The notes: a model not told the origin generated them from the sequence alone. DNA of 64,000 nucleotides from an uncultured delta proteobacterium (GCA_963823335.1 CAWGLD010000006.1:1-64000), one strand, 5' to 3'. Shown: positions 29,207 through 40,751, numbered from the stretch's first letter. A program made the numbers and translations.

Positions 29207-30592
29207 TCAGGTCTCCCGTGATTGGGTGATGAGGGCAAATAACTTATTGCTGCCGGAATTATTTATAACTATTTCATGTTGCACGTCCATGGACAGGGAA
29301 TTTCCCTGTTGCAGCCCCTGTTGTGTTCCGGCGTGGGCGATCTGGGCCTCACCTGACAACAGACATATGTGCCAGCGCCCGGGCCGGTGTACAATCTTTC
29401 GATAGGCGGTATTCGGTTTGATCAGCAGTTTAGCCACAAAAAGCTGTTCTGTTTTTTCCAGGTATTGGATGGATCCCCAGGCATGGGTTTCCAGGAGATG
29501 AACCTGGCACTCCCGCCGGTTCTGCTCTTTCAACAGCGACACGATATCTTTGACATTCCTGCTTGTCTCCAGGCTGGAAACAAATACAGCATCCGCTGTT
29601 TCGACAACGGTGGTATCTGAAATGTCATTGACGGCAACCAGATGGCTTTTGGCGATGATCAGACTGTTTTTTGTGTTATATGAAATGACATCCCCTGCAA
29701 TGACATTGCCGTCACTATCTTTGGGCATGTAGTCATACAGGGCTTTCCAGGTTCCGATGTCACTCCAGCCGAAGTCGGAGGGCAAGACCACTCCTTTGGA
29801 TGTCTTTTCCATAATCGCAACATCGAAGGATTTGTTCGGGAGGTCTTGATACGCTTCGACCGGAATGGAAGCGCCTTTATTGACGATTGCCGTCATTTTT
29901 GTCAGCAATTCGGGTTCAAATCGCTTGAATTCGTTTAAAATTGTGGATGCCGTGAAGGCAAACATGCCACTGTTCCAAAAAAAGTTACCCGCTTCGATAT
30001 ATGACTTGGCTGTTGCCCCATCCGGTTTTTCAACAAATCTTTCAATGGTAAGTCCTTCCCCGTCAATGGGTTTTCTTCCTTCGATGTACCCATACCCTGT
30101 TTCTGGATAATCGGGCCGAATGCCGAAGGTAACCAGGTACCCCATTCGGGCGAGATGGATTGCCTTGAGAATCCTCTCGTGAAAACGATCGACATCCCTG
30201 ATGACATGATCGGCCGGCAGAACAACAAAAAGAGCTTCCGGGAGGCGCGACTGATCAAGAATTTTCAAGATCGCCAAGAGAATAGCCGGTGCCGTGTTGC
30301 GCCCGACCGGTTCATCAATAATTTTCATCTCAGCTGTAATTCCAATGGCAGCAAGATGGTCTGAAGATTCATCACAATGTGCTTTCCCGCAGACCACGCG
30401 AACATTGTCGAGGCAAAGCGCAGGGTGAAGACGCTGGATAGTCTCCTGGAGCAGGGACGTCTCTCCACCAATTTTGGCCAGTTGCTTAGGCGCCAGGGTT
30501 CGGGAAATCGGCCAGAGGCGCGTTCCCGATCCCCCGGCCAGAACAACTGGAAATATCGTTAAATTATCGACTGTCATCCTTTGGGTTTCCAT
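29207..30592 (-). CDS. manC: Mannose-1-phosphate guanylyltransferase with cupin-like C-terminus
   Basis: LAGGSGTRLWPISR..PKQ, EPVGRNTAPA, PETGYGYI, FVEKPD, WNSGMF, GWSDIGTW. Confidence 0.9.
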   Translation of the reverse strand: METQRMTVDNLTIFPVVLAGGSGTRLWPISRTLAPKQLAKIGGETSLLQETIQRLHPALCLDNVRVVCGKAHCDESSDHLAAIGITAEMKIIDEPVGRNTAPAILLAILKILDQSRLPEALFVVLPADHVIRDVDRFHERILKAIHLARMGYLVTFGIRPDYPETGYGYIEGRKPIDGEGLTIERFVEKPDGATAKSYIEAGNFFWNSGMFAFTASTILNEFKRFEPELLTKMTAIVNKGASIPVEAYQDLPNKSFDVAIMEKTSKGVVLPSDFGWSDIGTWKALYDYMPKDSDGNVIAGDVISYNTKNSLIIAKSHLVAVNDISDTTVVETADAVFVSSLETSRNVKDIVSLLKEQNRRECQVHLLETHAWGSIQYLEKTEQLFVAKLLIKPNTAYRKIVHRPGRWHICLLSGEAQIAHAGTQQGLQQGNSLSMDVQHEIVINNSGSNKLFALITQSRET

Positions 30593-33500
30593 CGTTCATG
30601 CTGATCGTTTCTGTCATTGGGTGTTCCCGCGTTGCCGCAGACGCTCTCGTAAGCCTGATATCCCAGACATGCATTGACTTCTTTTCTCAAAGAGGCCCGC
30701 GGCTGCAGTTGCAGATATTCAGGCAGAGCAATCACCGCTTCGGTCATTTCCGGGTCCTGTATGTGAATATAGGTCTGGCAGGTGCCTGGATGTTTTTTGA
30801 AAACACCGTACAGGGTCTCAAGTTGTTCTCTGCATGTTTCAGCGATGTCCAGCTTCAAGTGAATGCTCACGGTCCAGGCTTCTTCCGCTTTTTTAATGGG
30901 AACGATATCATTGGACAGGAGGCTGATGCTTTTTTCATCTTTCTGAACCTGACCGTCCACAAGGATGGGTGTGTCTGCTGCCAGAAGGTGATTGGTGGTG
31001 GCGTAGAGGTTGGGAAAGACCGTTGTTTCGAACGAGCCATGCATGTCTTCCACCGTTACAAAAGCCATGAGATCCCCACGTTTGGTAGTGATCACCTTGG
31101 TATTGCGGATGATTCCGGCAAGTCTGGCAGGGGAATTGTTGGGCAGTTCTTTCAAAGATATGGAGTCGGCTGTGGAATACTTGTCGATAATATCGTTAAA
31201 ACGGCTTAATGGGTGCCCGGTGATATAAAAGCCCAGGGATTCTTTTTCAAACGCCAACAACTGTTTTTCATCCCAATCTCCAATCTCGGGTAGCGATGGC
31301 AGGTTGATGGCGGGCTGATCTTGGCTGGTCCCAAAAAGTCCCATTTGAGGGTCGGTCCTTTCTCGCTGAACCCGCTGCCCGTATTCGAGAATATCTTCCA
31401 GACCGGCAAAAAGCTGCGACCGTTTTAGACCGAAGGTATCAAATGCGCCACTCTTGATCAGGCTTTCGAGGACCCGTTTGTTGACTTTGCGTAGATCGAC
31501 CCGTTCGCAGAAATCAAAGATGGACGCAAAGGGTTGTTCATTTCTGTATTCTATAATCGATTCGATGGCACCTTCTCCGACATTTTTTACAGCGGCCAAC
31601 CCGAAGCGGATGTTGGGCCCGGACACAACAAATTCTTTCCGGCTTTCATTGATGTCGGGAGGCAGTATTGAAATGTGGTGGCTTTTGCATTCGGAAATGT
31701 ATTTGACGACACCATCGGAGGAATGCATCTCACTGGTCAGCAGCGCTGCCATGAATTCCACGGGGAAATGGGCTTTCAGATAAGCGGTCTGATAGGCAAT
31801 CAACGCATAGGCGGCACTGTGGGATTTATTGAAACCATAGCCACCAAATTTGGAAATAAGGCCAAATATTTCAGCGGCTTTATTGGAAGGAATGTTGTTT
31901 TTTTCAGCACCTCTGATGAAACGTTCCTGATGTTTGGCCATGATTGCTACAATCTTTTTCCCCATGGCTTTCCTGAGATCGTCGGCTTCAGACATGGAAT
32001 AGTTTGCCAGGTCACCGGCAATTTTCATGACCTGTTCCTGGTATACGATTACCCCGTAGGTCTCTTTCAATATGGGTTCAAGTTCCGGAACCAGGTAGTT
32101 GACTTCCTTCCTGCCGTGCTTTCGCTGAACAAAATCGGTCACCATGCCGCTATCCAGAGGACCGGGTCTATATAACGCCACCAGCGCAATGACATCATCG
32201 AAGAATTCCGGTCGCAGACGGGTCAACAGATCCTTCATGCCGGCACTTTCGAGTTGGAACACACCGGTGGTATCTCCGGAACATAAAAGCGCATATGTCG
32301 CAGGATCAGTATCGTTGATATGGTCCATATCCGGTGGCTCTTTGCCTTGAAGGGAGATAAGATTCAAGGTGTTGGCGATGACGGTGAGGTTCCGCAGCCC
32401 AAGAAAATCAAATTTGACCAGTCCTATTTTCTCGACGATCTTCATGTCAAACTGGGTAACGACTTCATCCTTTTTCCCTGTGTAAAGGGGTAGGTATTCC
32501 ACCAGGGGTTTATCACCGATGACCACCCCAGCTGCATGTGTTGAAGCGTGTCTTGGCAAACCTTCCAGAACTCTGGATATTTGTATCAGTTCTGCTATAT
32601 CCGGTTTCTGTTTGGCAAGCTCACTGATTCTCGGTTCCTGTCTGAGCGCTTCGTCAAGACTGATGTTCAGGACGTCGGGAACCATTTTAGCGATGGCGTC
32701 GACTTCTTGCAGCGGAATATCCAGAGCACGGCCCACATCCCTGATGACGGCACGTGTTTTCAGTTTTCCAAAGGTGATGATCTGGGCGACTCTCTCCCCT
32801 CCTCCGTATTTATCGACAACATATTTGAAAACGCGTTCTCTGCCGTTGATACAAAAATCGACATCGATATCGGGCATGCTTTTGCGTGCCGGGTTTAGAA
32901 AACGTTCAAAAATCAGACCGTATTTGATGGGGTCAAGGTTGGTAATCCCCAGAGAGTATGCCACAAGACTTCCTGCAGCAGACCCCCTGCCCGGCCCTAC
33001 GGGTATGTCATGCTCTTTGGCATAATGAATAAAATCGGCAACGATCAGAAAATACCCTGAAAAGCCCATCTCCTTGATAAGTTTTATTTCATAATCGATC
33101 CTTTTGTCATAGATGGCCATGTCCAGGCCGGGGTCTTTCAGTTTCAGCTGTGTGAGAATGCGCTGGTATCCTTGGCGCACCTTTTTTTCAAACAGGTCAG
33201 ACTCGTCTTGGCCGGCCGGTGTTTCAAATTTGGGGAAATGATAGGTTTTGAAATCAAAATCCACATAGCACCTGTCTGCAATGCTTACGGTGTTGGCAAT
33301 GGCAGCGGGGTGATCCTTGAAGTAGCTGAACATTTCAGGCTTTGATTTGTAATAAAGCTGGGTGGTTCCGAACTTAAGTCTGTTTGTCATCTGGACGGTC
33401 TTACCGGTCTGAATGCACAGGAGCACATCATGTGCTTTGACATCCTCCCGGTTCAGATAATGGCAGTCATTGGTTGCCACCAGGGGAATGGACAGCCGTT

Positions 33501-34095
33501 GGCTCATGTCGAACAAAGCCTCATTCACGTTTTCCTGGATGTCGATACCATTGTTCTGAACTTCAAGGTAGAAGTTTCCATCGCCAAGAATTTGACAATA
33601 TTGTCGGGCGGCATCATCTGCCTTTTCCAAATTACCCGCTGTGATCATTCTCGGTATTTCACCGTGCAGACAGGCGGAAAGACCTATCAGACCCCGGCTG
33701 TGTCGTTGCAACAAGGTCTTGTCGATACGTGGTTTGTGGTAGAAACCGTCGATTCTGGCGGTGGAGACGAGCCTACAGAGATTCTGGTAGCCTTCATTGT
33801 TTTCGGCCAGTAAAATCAGGTGTGAAAGTCCTTTGTGGTCTAAGGGGGTTTTATCAGACAAACTTCTTGGTGCCACATAGCACTCACAGCCGATAATCGG
33901 TTTTATATCTGATTTTAAGGCCTTTTCATAAAATTCGATACAGCCAAACATGGTTCCATGGTCGGTTATGGCAACGGTTTTCATGTCGAGTTCGATGGAT
34001 CGTTTAAAGAGTTCATCGAACCGGATAGCCCCGTCAAGAAGGCTGTACTGGGTATGAACGTGAAGATGTACGAAATCGGTGGAACTGTCGGTCAT
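30574..34095 (-). CDS. dnaE: DNA polymerase III alpha subunit
   Basis: FVHLHVHTQYSLLDG, GPGRGSAAGS, MPDIDVDF, GYGFNKSHS; no intein-sized insertion. Confidence 0.97.
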   Translation of the reverse strand: MTDSSTDFVHLHVHTQYSLLDGAIRFDELFKRSIELDMKTVAITDHGTMFGCIEFYEKALKSDIKPIIGCECYVAPRSLSDKTPLDHKGLSHLILLAENNEGYQNLCRLVSTARIDGFYHKPRIDKTLLQRHSRGLIGLSACLHGEIPRMITAGNLEKADDAARQYCQILGDGNFYLEVQNNGIDIQENVNEALFDMSQRLSIPLVATNDCHYLNREDVKAHDVLLCIQTGKTVQMTNRLKFGTTQLYYKSKPEMFSYFKDHPAAIANTVSIADRCYVDFDFKTYHFPKFETPAGQDESDLFEKKVRQGYQRILTQLKLKDPGLDMAIYDKRIDYEIKLIKEMGFSGYFLIVADFIHYAKEHDIPVGPGRGSAAGSLVAYSLGITNLDPIKYGLIFERFLNPARKSMPDIDVDFCINGRERVFKYVVDKYGGGERVAQIITFGKLKTRAVIRDVGRALDIPLQEVDAIAKMVPDVLNISLDEALRQEPRISELAKQKPDIAELIQISRVLEGLPRHASTHAAGVVIGDKPLVEYLPLYTGKKDEVVTQFDMKIVEKIGLVKFDFLGLRNLTVIANTLNLISLQGKEPPDMDHINDTDPATYALLCSGDTTGVFQLESAGMKDLLTRLRPEFFDDVIALVALYRPGPLDSGMVTDFVQRKHGRKEVNYLVPELEPILKETYGVIVYQEQVMKIAGDLANYSMSEADDLRKAMGKKIVAIMAKHQERFIRGAEKNNIPSNKAAEIFGLISKFGGYGFNKSHSAAYALIAYQTAYLKAHFPVEFMAALLTSEMHSSDGVVKYISECKSHHISILPPDINESRKEFVVSGPNIRFGLAAVKNVGEGAIESIIEYRNEQPFASIFDFCERVDLRKVNKRVLESLIKSGAFDTFGLKRSQLFAGLEDILEYGQRVQRERTDPQMGLFGTSQDQPAINLPSLPEIGDWDEKQLLAFEKESLGFYITGHPLSRFNDIIDKYSTADSISLKELPNNSPARLAGIIRNTKVITTKRGDLMAFVTVEDMHGSFETTVFPNLYATTNHLLAADTPILVDGQVQKDEKSISLLSNDIVPIKKAEEAWTVSIHLKLDIAETCREQLETLYGVFKKHPGTCQTYIHIQDPEMTEAVIALPEYLQLQPRASLRKEVNACLGYQAYESVCGNAGTPNDRNDQHERWKPKG

Positions 34096-34167
34096 GGTTT
34101 TTCTCAATGTTGAGTATTAAACGCAGATGCTGCACTTCGCATCACTCGGACCCTGGAATCCTTTTTT

Positions 34168-35628
34168 TTAGTCGAGCCGATAATTCGGGGCTTCTTTGGT
34201 GATAATTACATCATGGACATGGCTTTCACGCAGACCTGCGGCACTGATTTTCATAAAGCGTGCTTTTTCCCTGAGTTCCTGGATGGTTCGGCAACCCAGG
34301 TATCCCATCCCTGCTTTCAAACCGCCCACCAGCTGGTGTATATTGGCAGTCAGGGTGCCGCGGTACGGTACGCGCCCAACGATGCCTTCCGGAACGAGCT
34401 TGTCATCCTCTTCGTCCTCTCCCAGGTAATAACGATCAATACTGCCTTTTTTCATGGCTTCCAAAGAACCCATTCCCCTGTAGACCTTGTAACTTCTACC
34501 TTGAAAAAAAACGGATTCACCAGGACTTTCGTCTGTACCTGCAAAGAGTCCCCCGATCATGACGCTATGCGCACCCGCCCCGATGGCTTTTGTGATGTCA
34601 CCCGAGAATTTGATACCACCGTCGGCAATCAAAGGAACACCGCTTTTACTGGAGGCTGATCGGCAGTTCATGATGGCGGACACCTGCGGTACGCCGACAC
34701 CGGCAACGATACGTGTGGTACAGATGGAACCGGGGCCGATGCCGATTTTGACACCGTCAACACCCGCCCGGATCAAATCTTCCGCACCCTTGGCTGTTGC
34801 AACGTTTCCTGCAATGAGCTCGAGATTCACAAAGCGCTTTTTCAGTGTTTTTACTGCTTGGATGACGTTTTCCGAGTGCCCATGAGAAGTATCGATGAGA
34901 ATAATGTCGGCGCCTGCCCGCAACAGTTTTTCGGTTCGGTCTTCCATGTCCTCACCAACACCGATGGCGGCTCCCACACGAAGGCGACCCATCTTGTCTT
35001 TACAGGCATTGGGGTATTTCTTTATTTTTTCGATGTCCTTGATGGTGATCATGCCGGTAAGACGACCAGCCTTGTCCACCACCAGAAGTTTTTCGATTCG
35101 ATGTTCATGGAGCAGTCTTTTGGAATCTTCCAGAGAAATACCTTCCGAAACGGTAACGAGATTTTCTTTTGTCATCACAGCGCTTATTTTTTTCTCCAGG
35201 TCGGTTTCAAATCGCAGGTCGCGGTTGGTTACGATGCCAACCAGTTTATCACCTTTGGTAACCGGTACCCCGGAAATGCGATACTCTTTCATGAGCTTAA
35301 GAACTTCATGGACTTTCTGGTCAGGGGTTATGGTTACGGGATCGACAATCATGCCGCTCTCCGACTTCTTGACACGATCAACTTCTGTCGCTTGTCTTTC
35401 AACGCTCATGTTACGATGGATAAATCCGATACCGCCTTCCCTGGCCATGGAGATGGAAGCCCTTGCCTCGGTTACGGTATCCATGGCAGCACTTACGATG
35501 GGGATGTTCAGGGCGATATTGCGGGTTAAGCGTGTACTGATATTGACGTCTTTCGGTAACAGATCAGAGTAGTTTGGAATCAGCAGAACGTCATCGAAAG
35601 AAAAAGATTCCTCGAGAGGTGTCATCAT
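34168..35628 (-). CDS. guaB: IMP dehydrogenase
   Basis: [12 protein letters not shown] pair, [24 protein letters not shown]. Confidence 0.97.
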   Translation of the reverse strand: MMTPLEESFSFDDVLLIPNYSDLLPKDVNISTRLTRNIALNIPIVSAAMDTVTEARASISMAREGGIGFIHRNMSVERQATEVDRVKKSESGMIVDPVTITPDQKVHEVLKLMKEYRISGVPVTKGDKLVGIVTNRDLRFETDLEKKISAVMTKENLVTVSEGISLEDSKRLLHEHRIEKLLVVDKAGRLTGMITIKDIEKIKKYPNACKDKMGRLRVGAAIGVGEDMEDRTEKLLRAGADIILIDTSHGHSENVIQAVKTLKKRFVNLELIAGNVATAKGAEDLIRAGVDGVKIGIGPGSICTTRIVAGVGVPQVSAIMNCRSASSKSGVPLIADGGIKFSGDITKAIGAGAHSVMIGGLFAGTDESPGESVFFQGRSYKVYRGMGSLEAMKKGSIDRYYLGEDEEDDKLVPEGIVGRVPYRGTLTANIHQLVGGLKAGMGYLGCRTIQELREKARFMKISAAGLRESHVHDVIITKEAPNYRLD

Positions 35629-35867
35629 GGGTAGCTCCTCCACAAGTTATTATGGTTGCCTAAGAGGGTGTATACACTATTTAGTGTATTCGAGTTTGAA
35701 ATCGAATAGCAAATGGAACGATCTTTAGCAATCTTTTATTTCGCAGCTTGACAGGATATAAGGCCCATAGTAAACATCTGCCGTTACAGATATCCATATC
35801 GTAAGTCAGAATGTCATAAAGCGCTAAAATGCTTTAATTCTGTCTCCTGATCCACAGGGTGTAAATA

Positions 35868-36476
35868 ATGCTGCTCAAGATCAATCCCATAAATCCCCAG
35901 GAAAGGCTTATCAGAAATGTCGTCGAACATTTGAAAAAAGGGGGCATCATCGCTTATCCAACCGATACGTTCTATGGCATCGGTTGTGATATCATGAATA
36001 AAAAGGCGATTGAACGCGTTTACCAGATCAAGCAGCGTCAGAAAAACAAACCTTTCAGTTTCATTTGTTCCAATCTGAAACATATCAGTCTCTATGCCAA
36101 GGTTTCCAACTATGCCTACCGAACCATGAAAAGACTTCTACCCGGACCCTATACATTTATTCTGGAGGGTTCCAAGCTGGTGCCCAAGATAATGCTGACA
36201 AAAAGGAGAACAGCCGGTATTCGGGTCCCGGATCATCGAATATGTTTTTGCCTTACCGAAGCATTAGGAAATCCGATTTTGTCAACCAGTGCGACAAAAC
36301 CCGATGGTGAGATTTTAATGGACCCCTCCCTGATCCATGACAGATTTAATTCCCAGCTTGATCTGGTCATCGACGGTGGTCCCACACCCGGTCTACCATC
36401 CAGTGTTATTTCGCTGATGGGTGATTATCCTGAAGTATTACGTGAAGGGTTAGGGGATGTCAGTTCTCTGGAATAG
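35868..36476 (+). CDS. Sua5/YciO/YrdC family (threonylcarbamoyl-AMP synthase-like) protein
   Basis: IAYPTDTFYGIGC, LPGPYTFIL, GIRVPD, LSTSA. Confidence 0.88.
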   Translation: MLLKINPINPQERLIRNVVEHLKKGGIIAYPTDTFYGIGCDIMNKKAIERVYQIKQRQKNKPFSFICSNLKHISLYAKVSNYAYRTMKRLLPGPYTFILEGSKLVPKIMLTKRRTAGIRVPDHRICFCLTEALGNPILSTSATKPDGEILMDPSLIHDRFNSQLDLVIDGGPTPGLPSSVISLMGDYPEVLREGLGDVSSLE

Positions 36477-37383
36477 CGTCAGGGCTGTATAGATACCCGC
36501 CGAAAATATCTTGACGGGTCAGCCGGTTGACGAGGTCATGAAGGGTGGATTCCATGACGTATTTGAGGAAAGAAAACTTTTCTTCTTTTTTGTAAACGGT
36601 GGAGATATTGCCCTGGATACCGCCCAGTCTACCCGCCCATTCTATGGCGTCTTCGAAATTTCCAAGACGATCTACAAGACCCTGCTTTAGAGCTTCTTCT
36701 CCTGTATAGATGCGACCATCTGCAAGTGACTTGACACGATCGATATCCATGTCCCGGCCTTCGGCAATAGCCGTGACAAACTGTCCATGGGCTTGATCGA
36801 CAAAAGCCTGCAACACCTCTTTTTCTTCCTTGCTCATATCCTTTGTAGGGGACCCCATATCCTTGAACGCGCCGCTTTTTATCACCACCGGGACCATACC
36901 GATTTTATCGAGAACAGCGCGAAAATTCGTGTAGGCCATTATAACACCAATGCTGCCGGTAATGGTACCTGGATTTGCGACAATCCCATTGGTTGCTGCA
37001 GCGATGTAATATCCCCCGGAAGCTGCAACAGATCCCATGGAGGCGATGACTTTCTTTGCTTGTGTTGTTTTACGAATTTCCCGGTAAATTTCCTGTGAGG
37101 GTCCGATGACCCCGCCGGGGGAGTCGATCCTGATGACAATCGATTTAATGTCATCGTTCTCTCGAAATCGTTTAATTAAGTTAAGCGTCTCTTTGGATTC
37201 TGTGATGACCCCCTGGATTTCAACTACACCGACTTGGCCGTCACCGGGTTCGATAATCAGGTCGGAGAATCCAGCGCGTTTTACGGTTGTTGTTACCAGC
37301 AACAGCAGACAGACAACGGCAATGGTGACCAGTGAGGAGAAGATTAGCAGTGCAAACAGATATGGGTGTCTTCTAGAAAACAT
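36460..37383 (-). CDS. sppA: Signal peptide peptidase SppA (short form)
   Basis: RIDSPGG, AASGGYY, TGSIGVI, KSGAFKD, ADGRIYTG. Confidence 0.92.
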   Translation of the reverse strand: MFSRRHPYLFALLIFSSLVTIAVVCLLLLVTTTVKRAGFSDLIIEPGDGQVGVVEIQGVITESKETLNLIKRFRENDDIKSIVIRIDSPGGVIGPSQEIYREIRKTTQAKKVIASMGSVAASGGYYIAAATNGIVANPGTITGSIGVIMAYTNFRAVLDKIGMVPVVIKSGAFKDMGSPTKDMSKEEKEVLQAFVDQAHGQFVTAIAEGRDMDIDRVKSLADGRIYTGEEALKQGLVDRLGNFEDAIEWAGRLGGIQGNISTVYKKEEKFSFLKYVMESTLHDLVNRLTRQDIFGGYLYSPDAIPEN

Positions 37384-37397
37384 GATTTTAAAGTAGA

Positions 37398-37439
37398 AAT
37401 TAGCATGCTGCAGCCCTGAGGGGCTGCAGCATGCTAATT
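37398..37439. repeat. Perfect 19-bp inverted repeat between rpsA and sppA
   Basis: AATTAGCATGCTGCAGCCC-TGAG-GGGCTGCAGCATGCTAATT. Confidence 0.8.
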
Positions 37440-37487
37440 CGTTAATATAAGCGACAAGGTCGCGTCAGATAAGAGCGTGTAACGATT

Positions 37488-39296
37488 TTATTCGTCGTTG
37501 AGCTTATCTTGAAGATTTTCGCGCAGGATTTCACCGAAAGAGGAAGTAGCAGGACCGATATTGTTTACATACTCGGTCAGCAATTCATGTTCATCCTCTA
37601 TTTCCATCCTTTTAACAGAAAGGCCGATGCGGCGTTCTTCGCTGTTGATATTCATAACCCGCGCGGTAATGACATCGCTGATGTTAAACATGCCTACGGG
37701 TGTTTTGATTTTTTCTTTACTGATTTCAGAAACATGAACGAGACCTTCGATGCCCTCTTCAAGTTCAACAAATATCCCGAAATCCGTAACATTGGTGATG
37801 GTGCCGGTGATTTCCTTGCCGACCCCGTAACGTTCGGCCACTGTCTCCCATGGATCGGCCTGAAGCTGTTTGATGCCCAATGAAAATCTTTCGTTATCCT
37901 TATCGATTTCGAGTACGATAGCCTGGATAACATCACTTTTTTGATACATTTCAGAGGGGTGCTTGATTCGTTTTGTCCAGGAGATATCCGATATATGAAC
38001 CAGTCCATCGATGCCTTCATCGATTCCGACGAAAAGTCCAAAATCTGTAATGTTTTTAATCTTGCCCTCGATGGTGGTTCCTACGGCATACTTTTCGCTG
38101 ATAACATCCCAGGGATTGGGGGCTACCTGTTTCATGCCCAGTGAGATCCGTCTGCTTTCCGGCTTGATGTCTAAAACCACTGCTTCGACAATTTCTGCTA
38201 CCGAAACAATTTTGGAAGGATGTCTTACTTTTCGGGTCCATGACATTTCCGATACATGAATCAGGCCTTCGATACCTTCTTCCAGTTCCACAAAGGCACC
38301 GTAGTCGGTGAGACTGACAATTTTTCCGGTGACTTTGGATCCTACGGCATATTTGTCTTTTGCCGTCAACCATGGATCTTCGGTCAATTGTTTCATGCCC
38401 AGGGATACCCGTTCCTTTTCCAGATCCAGGTTCAGCACTTTTACCGATATCTGATCCCCCATGGAAAAAAGTTCCGATGGGTGTTTTACCCTGCCCCATG
38501 AGATATCCGTGATATGAAGAAGACCATCGACACCACCCAGGTCAACAAATACACCATATTCGGTAATGTTTTTTACAACACCATCAACAACCTTACCCTC
38601 TTCGATGGAAGCAAGCGTTGCCGCCCGTTTAGACTCACGTTCTTTTTCCAGGATAGCACGTCGTGAAAGAACAATATTACTTCTTTTTCTATTATATTTC
38701 AATATCTTGAAATCATAGGCATTCCCGACCATATCGTCGAGATTCCGAATGGGTCGCAAGTCGGCCTGTGATCCGGGTAGAAAAGCCTGGACACCGATGT
38801 CCACCGAAAAACCGCCTTTTACGCGGTTCGTGATGGTACCTTCCACGGTTTCATCTGCATCATGGGCCTTTTTGATCTCTTCCCAGACCTTTACCTTGGT
38901 GGCTTTTTCTTTTGACAGAACAACCACTTCATTCTCATCGTCCCACCATTCAACCATTACTTCAACAGGATCATCAATGCTGGCCTTGATATTGCCGCTG
39001 TCATCCATGAACTCATTGATGTTGATCTGCCCCTCGGATTTATATCCTATATCAACCAGAACATGATCTTTGTCGATGGAAATGATGTGACCGATGACGA
39101 CTTCACCCTCTGCAAAGCGTTTGAAGCTTTCTTCATACAGGTCCATCATGCTTTCCATGTCGTCGTCTGCCAGCTGTTTGACATCGGACTCGGATACCTC
39201 TGGCGTCTCTTCAATGTCACCGTTTGGCGTGGAATCGGTTTCCAAATCACCCTTGTTGTTGCTTTCCGTTGAACTGTTGTTTGTAAGATCTTCCAT
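37488..39296 (-). CDS. rpsA: 30S ribosomal protein S1
   Basis: Six S1 repeats (FVDLGGVDGLLHITDISW, EGIEGLIHVSEMSW); follows cmk. Confidence 0.96.
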   Translation of the reverse strand: MEDLTNNSSTESNNKGDLETDSTPNGDIEETPEVSESDVKQLADDDMESMMDLYEESFKRFAEGEVVIGHIISIDKDHVLVDIGYKSEGQININEFMDDSGNIKASIDDPVEVMVEWWDDENEVVVLSKEKATKVKVWEEIKKAHDADETVEGTITNRVKGGFSVDIGVQAFLPGSQADLRPIRNLDDMVGNAYDFKILKYNRKRSNIVLSRRAILEKERESKRAATLASIEEGKVVDGVVKNITEYGVFVDLGGVDGLLHITDISWGRVKHPSELFSMGDQISVKVLNLDLEKERVSLGMKQLTEDPWLTAKDKYAVGSKVTGKIVSLTDYGAFVELEEGIEGLIHVSEMSWTRKVRHPSKIVSVAEIVEAVVLDIKPESRRISLGMKQVAPNPWDVISEKYAVGTTIEGKIKNITDFGLFVGIDEGIDGLVHISDISWTKRIKHPSEMYQKSDVIQAIVLEIDKDNERFSLGIKQLQADPWETVAERYGVGKEITGTITNVTDFGIFVELEEGIEGLVHVSEISKEKIKTPVGMFNISDVITARVMNINSEERRIGLSVKRMEIEDEHELLTEYVNNIGPATSSFGEILRENLQDKLNDE

Positions 39297-39438
39297 TAAT
39301 CGTGTTACCCCCTTAGCCATTTTTTATCGACTTTTTATAGCCGTACAAACCATTATAATTAACAGACCTTATTTCATAAAACAATATTTAATTTCATTAA
39401 TTTGTTCATTTGCAGAGAGAATAGGTGCTTTTTCCACA

Positions 39439-40137
39439 TTAAGAGGTCAAGATGTTGTTCAGCATCACCTGGACGACCTCTTCGGCGGAGAGATGGGAGG
39501 TATCGATGATAAGAGCATCTTCGGCCGGCTTTAACGGGGACAATTCCCTGCAACTGTCATTGTGATCCCGGTTTTGCATATCCTCCTGGACCGATTCCAG
39601 GGTCTGGGCATGCTGGGTTTTCAGCTCGCCATATCGCCGTTGTGCCCTGATGCCAATCGCCGCCTCCAGATAAAACTTGACATCCGCCTCGGGAAATACC
39701 ACCGTTCCCATGTCCCGGCCTTCGAAAACAACCGATTTCTTTTTCCCCATTTTTCTCTGAACATCCAGCAGGTGCTTTCTTACAGCAGGTATGGCCGATA
39801 CAGCTGAGGCAAGCATCGTCACCTCTGGTGTTCTTATGTGATCGGTGATGTCTCTGTCATTGGAAAAAATCCGTGACTGACCATCGACTTTGCGAAAGCA
39901 TATGGAGAGATCCTGACACAGTTTTTGTATCGAACTATTATCTGTTGGTACAATGCCGGCTTTATCGACTTCATACGCAATACACCGGTATAGCGCCCCT
40001 GTGTCCACATATTGGTAATTGAGCTGTTCTGCAAGCAGACGGCTTACGGTTGTCTTTCCGGATCCGGCCGGCCCGTCAATGGTGATCAGCAGGGCCTTTT
40101 GGGGTTCATGGGATCTGATAGTTAGGTGTTCTGACAT
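39439..40137 (-). CDS. cmk: Cytidylate kinase
   Basis: ITIDGPAGSGKTT, DTGALYR, EGRDMGTVVFP. Confidence 0.95.
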   Translation of the reverse strand: MSEHLTIRSHEPQKALLITIDGPAGSGKTTVSRLLAEQLNYQYVDTGALYRCIAYEVDKAGIVPTDNSSIQKLCQDLSICFRKVDGQSRIFSNDRDITDHIRTPEVTMLASAVSAIPAVRKHLLDVQRKMGKKKSVVFEGRDMGTVVFPEADVKFYLEAAIGIRAQRRYGELKTQHAQTLESVQEDMQNRDHNDSCRELSPLKPAEDALIIDTSHLSAEEVVQVMLNNILTS

Positions 40138-40138
40138 G

Positions 40139-40681
40139 TCATTCAACGTCGCCGGCCGCTTTGATACCTTCTTCGACGGCTTTCATGTTCAAGGGGATCA
40201 GTTTTTTCTTGGCTGCAAATTCTTCTTCGATGGATGCTTTCAGGGCTTCTATGCTCACCATGCCGCTTTTTGCCACAAAGGCCGCCAATGCGACGACATT
40301 GGCAGCTTTAACCGTTCCAAGATCCCTGGCGATTTCTATAACCGGGACGATCAATTCCCGGACATCATCACGACCGCTGGAAATGGAGATGAGTGAACCA
40401 TTGATAAAGATAACTCCGCCAGGTTTGACGGTACTTGCGAATTTTTCCAGAGACGGACGATTCATGGCAACCAGATGGGTAGGATTCTTGATTACGGGTG
40501 ATCCAATGGGTTTATCGCTCACTACCACGGTGCAGTATGCGGTGCCACCCCTCATTTCCGGTCCATAGGAAGGAACCCACGACACTTCAAAACCCTCCTC
40601 CATTGCAGCATGAGCGAGAATTTTTCCCATAACCATGATACCTTGTCCACCAAAGCCGGCGAACTGTACTTCAGTCTGCAT
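40139..40681 (-). CDS. 2-oxoacid:ferredoxin oxidoreductase gamma subunit
   Basis: AGFGGQGI, PSYGPEMRGGTA. Confidence 0.9.
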   Translation of the reverse strand: MQTEVQFAGFGGQGIMVMGKILAHAAMEEGFEVSWVPSYGPEMRGGTAYCTVVVSDKPIGSPVIKNPTHLVAMNRPSLEKFASTVKPGGVIFINGSLISISSGRDDVRELIVPVIEIARDLGTVKAANVVALAAFVAKSGMVSIEALKASIEEEFAAKKKLIPLNMKAVEEGIKAAGDVE

Positions 40682-40751
40682 TGTTCCTCCTCTTTCTATA
40701 CCGGTCGCCTTAACTATTCATGTTCAACCGCACATAACAAAATATGATAAG

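Noticed and set aside
10822-35572. Long antisense ORFs (10822-11574, 14370-15206, 27627-28541, 34858-35572)
   Set aside because: Shadows of well-supported genes on the opposite strand, with no recognisable motifs.
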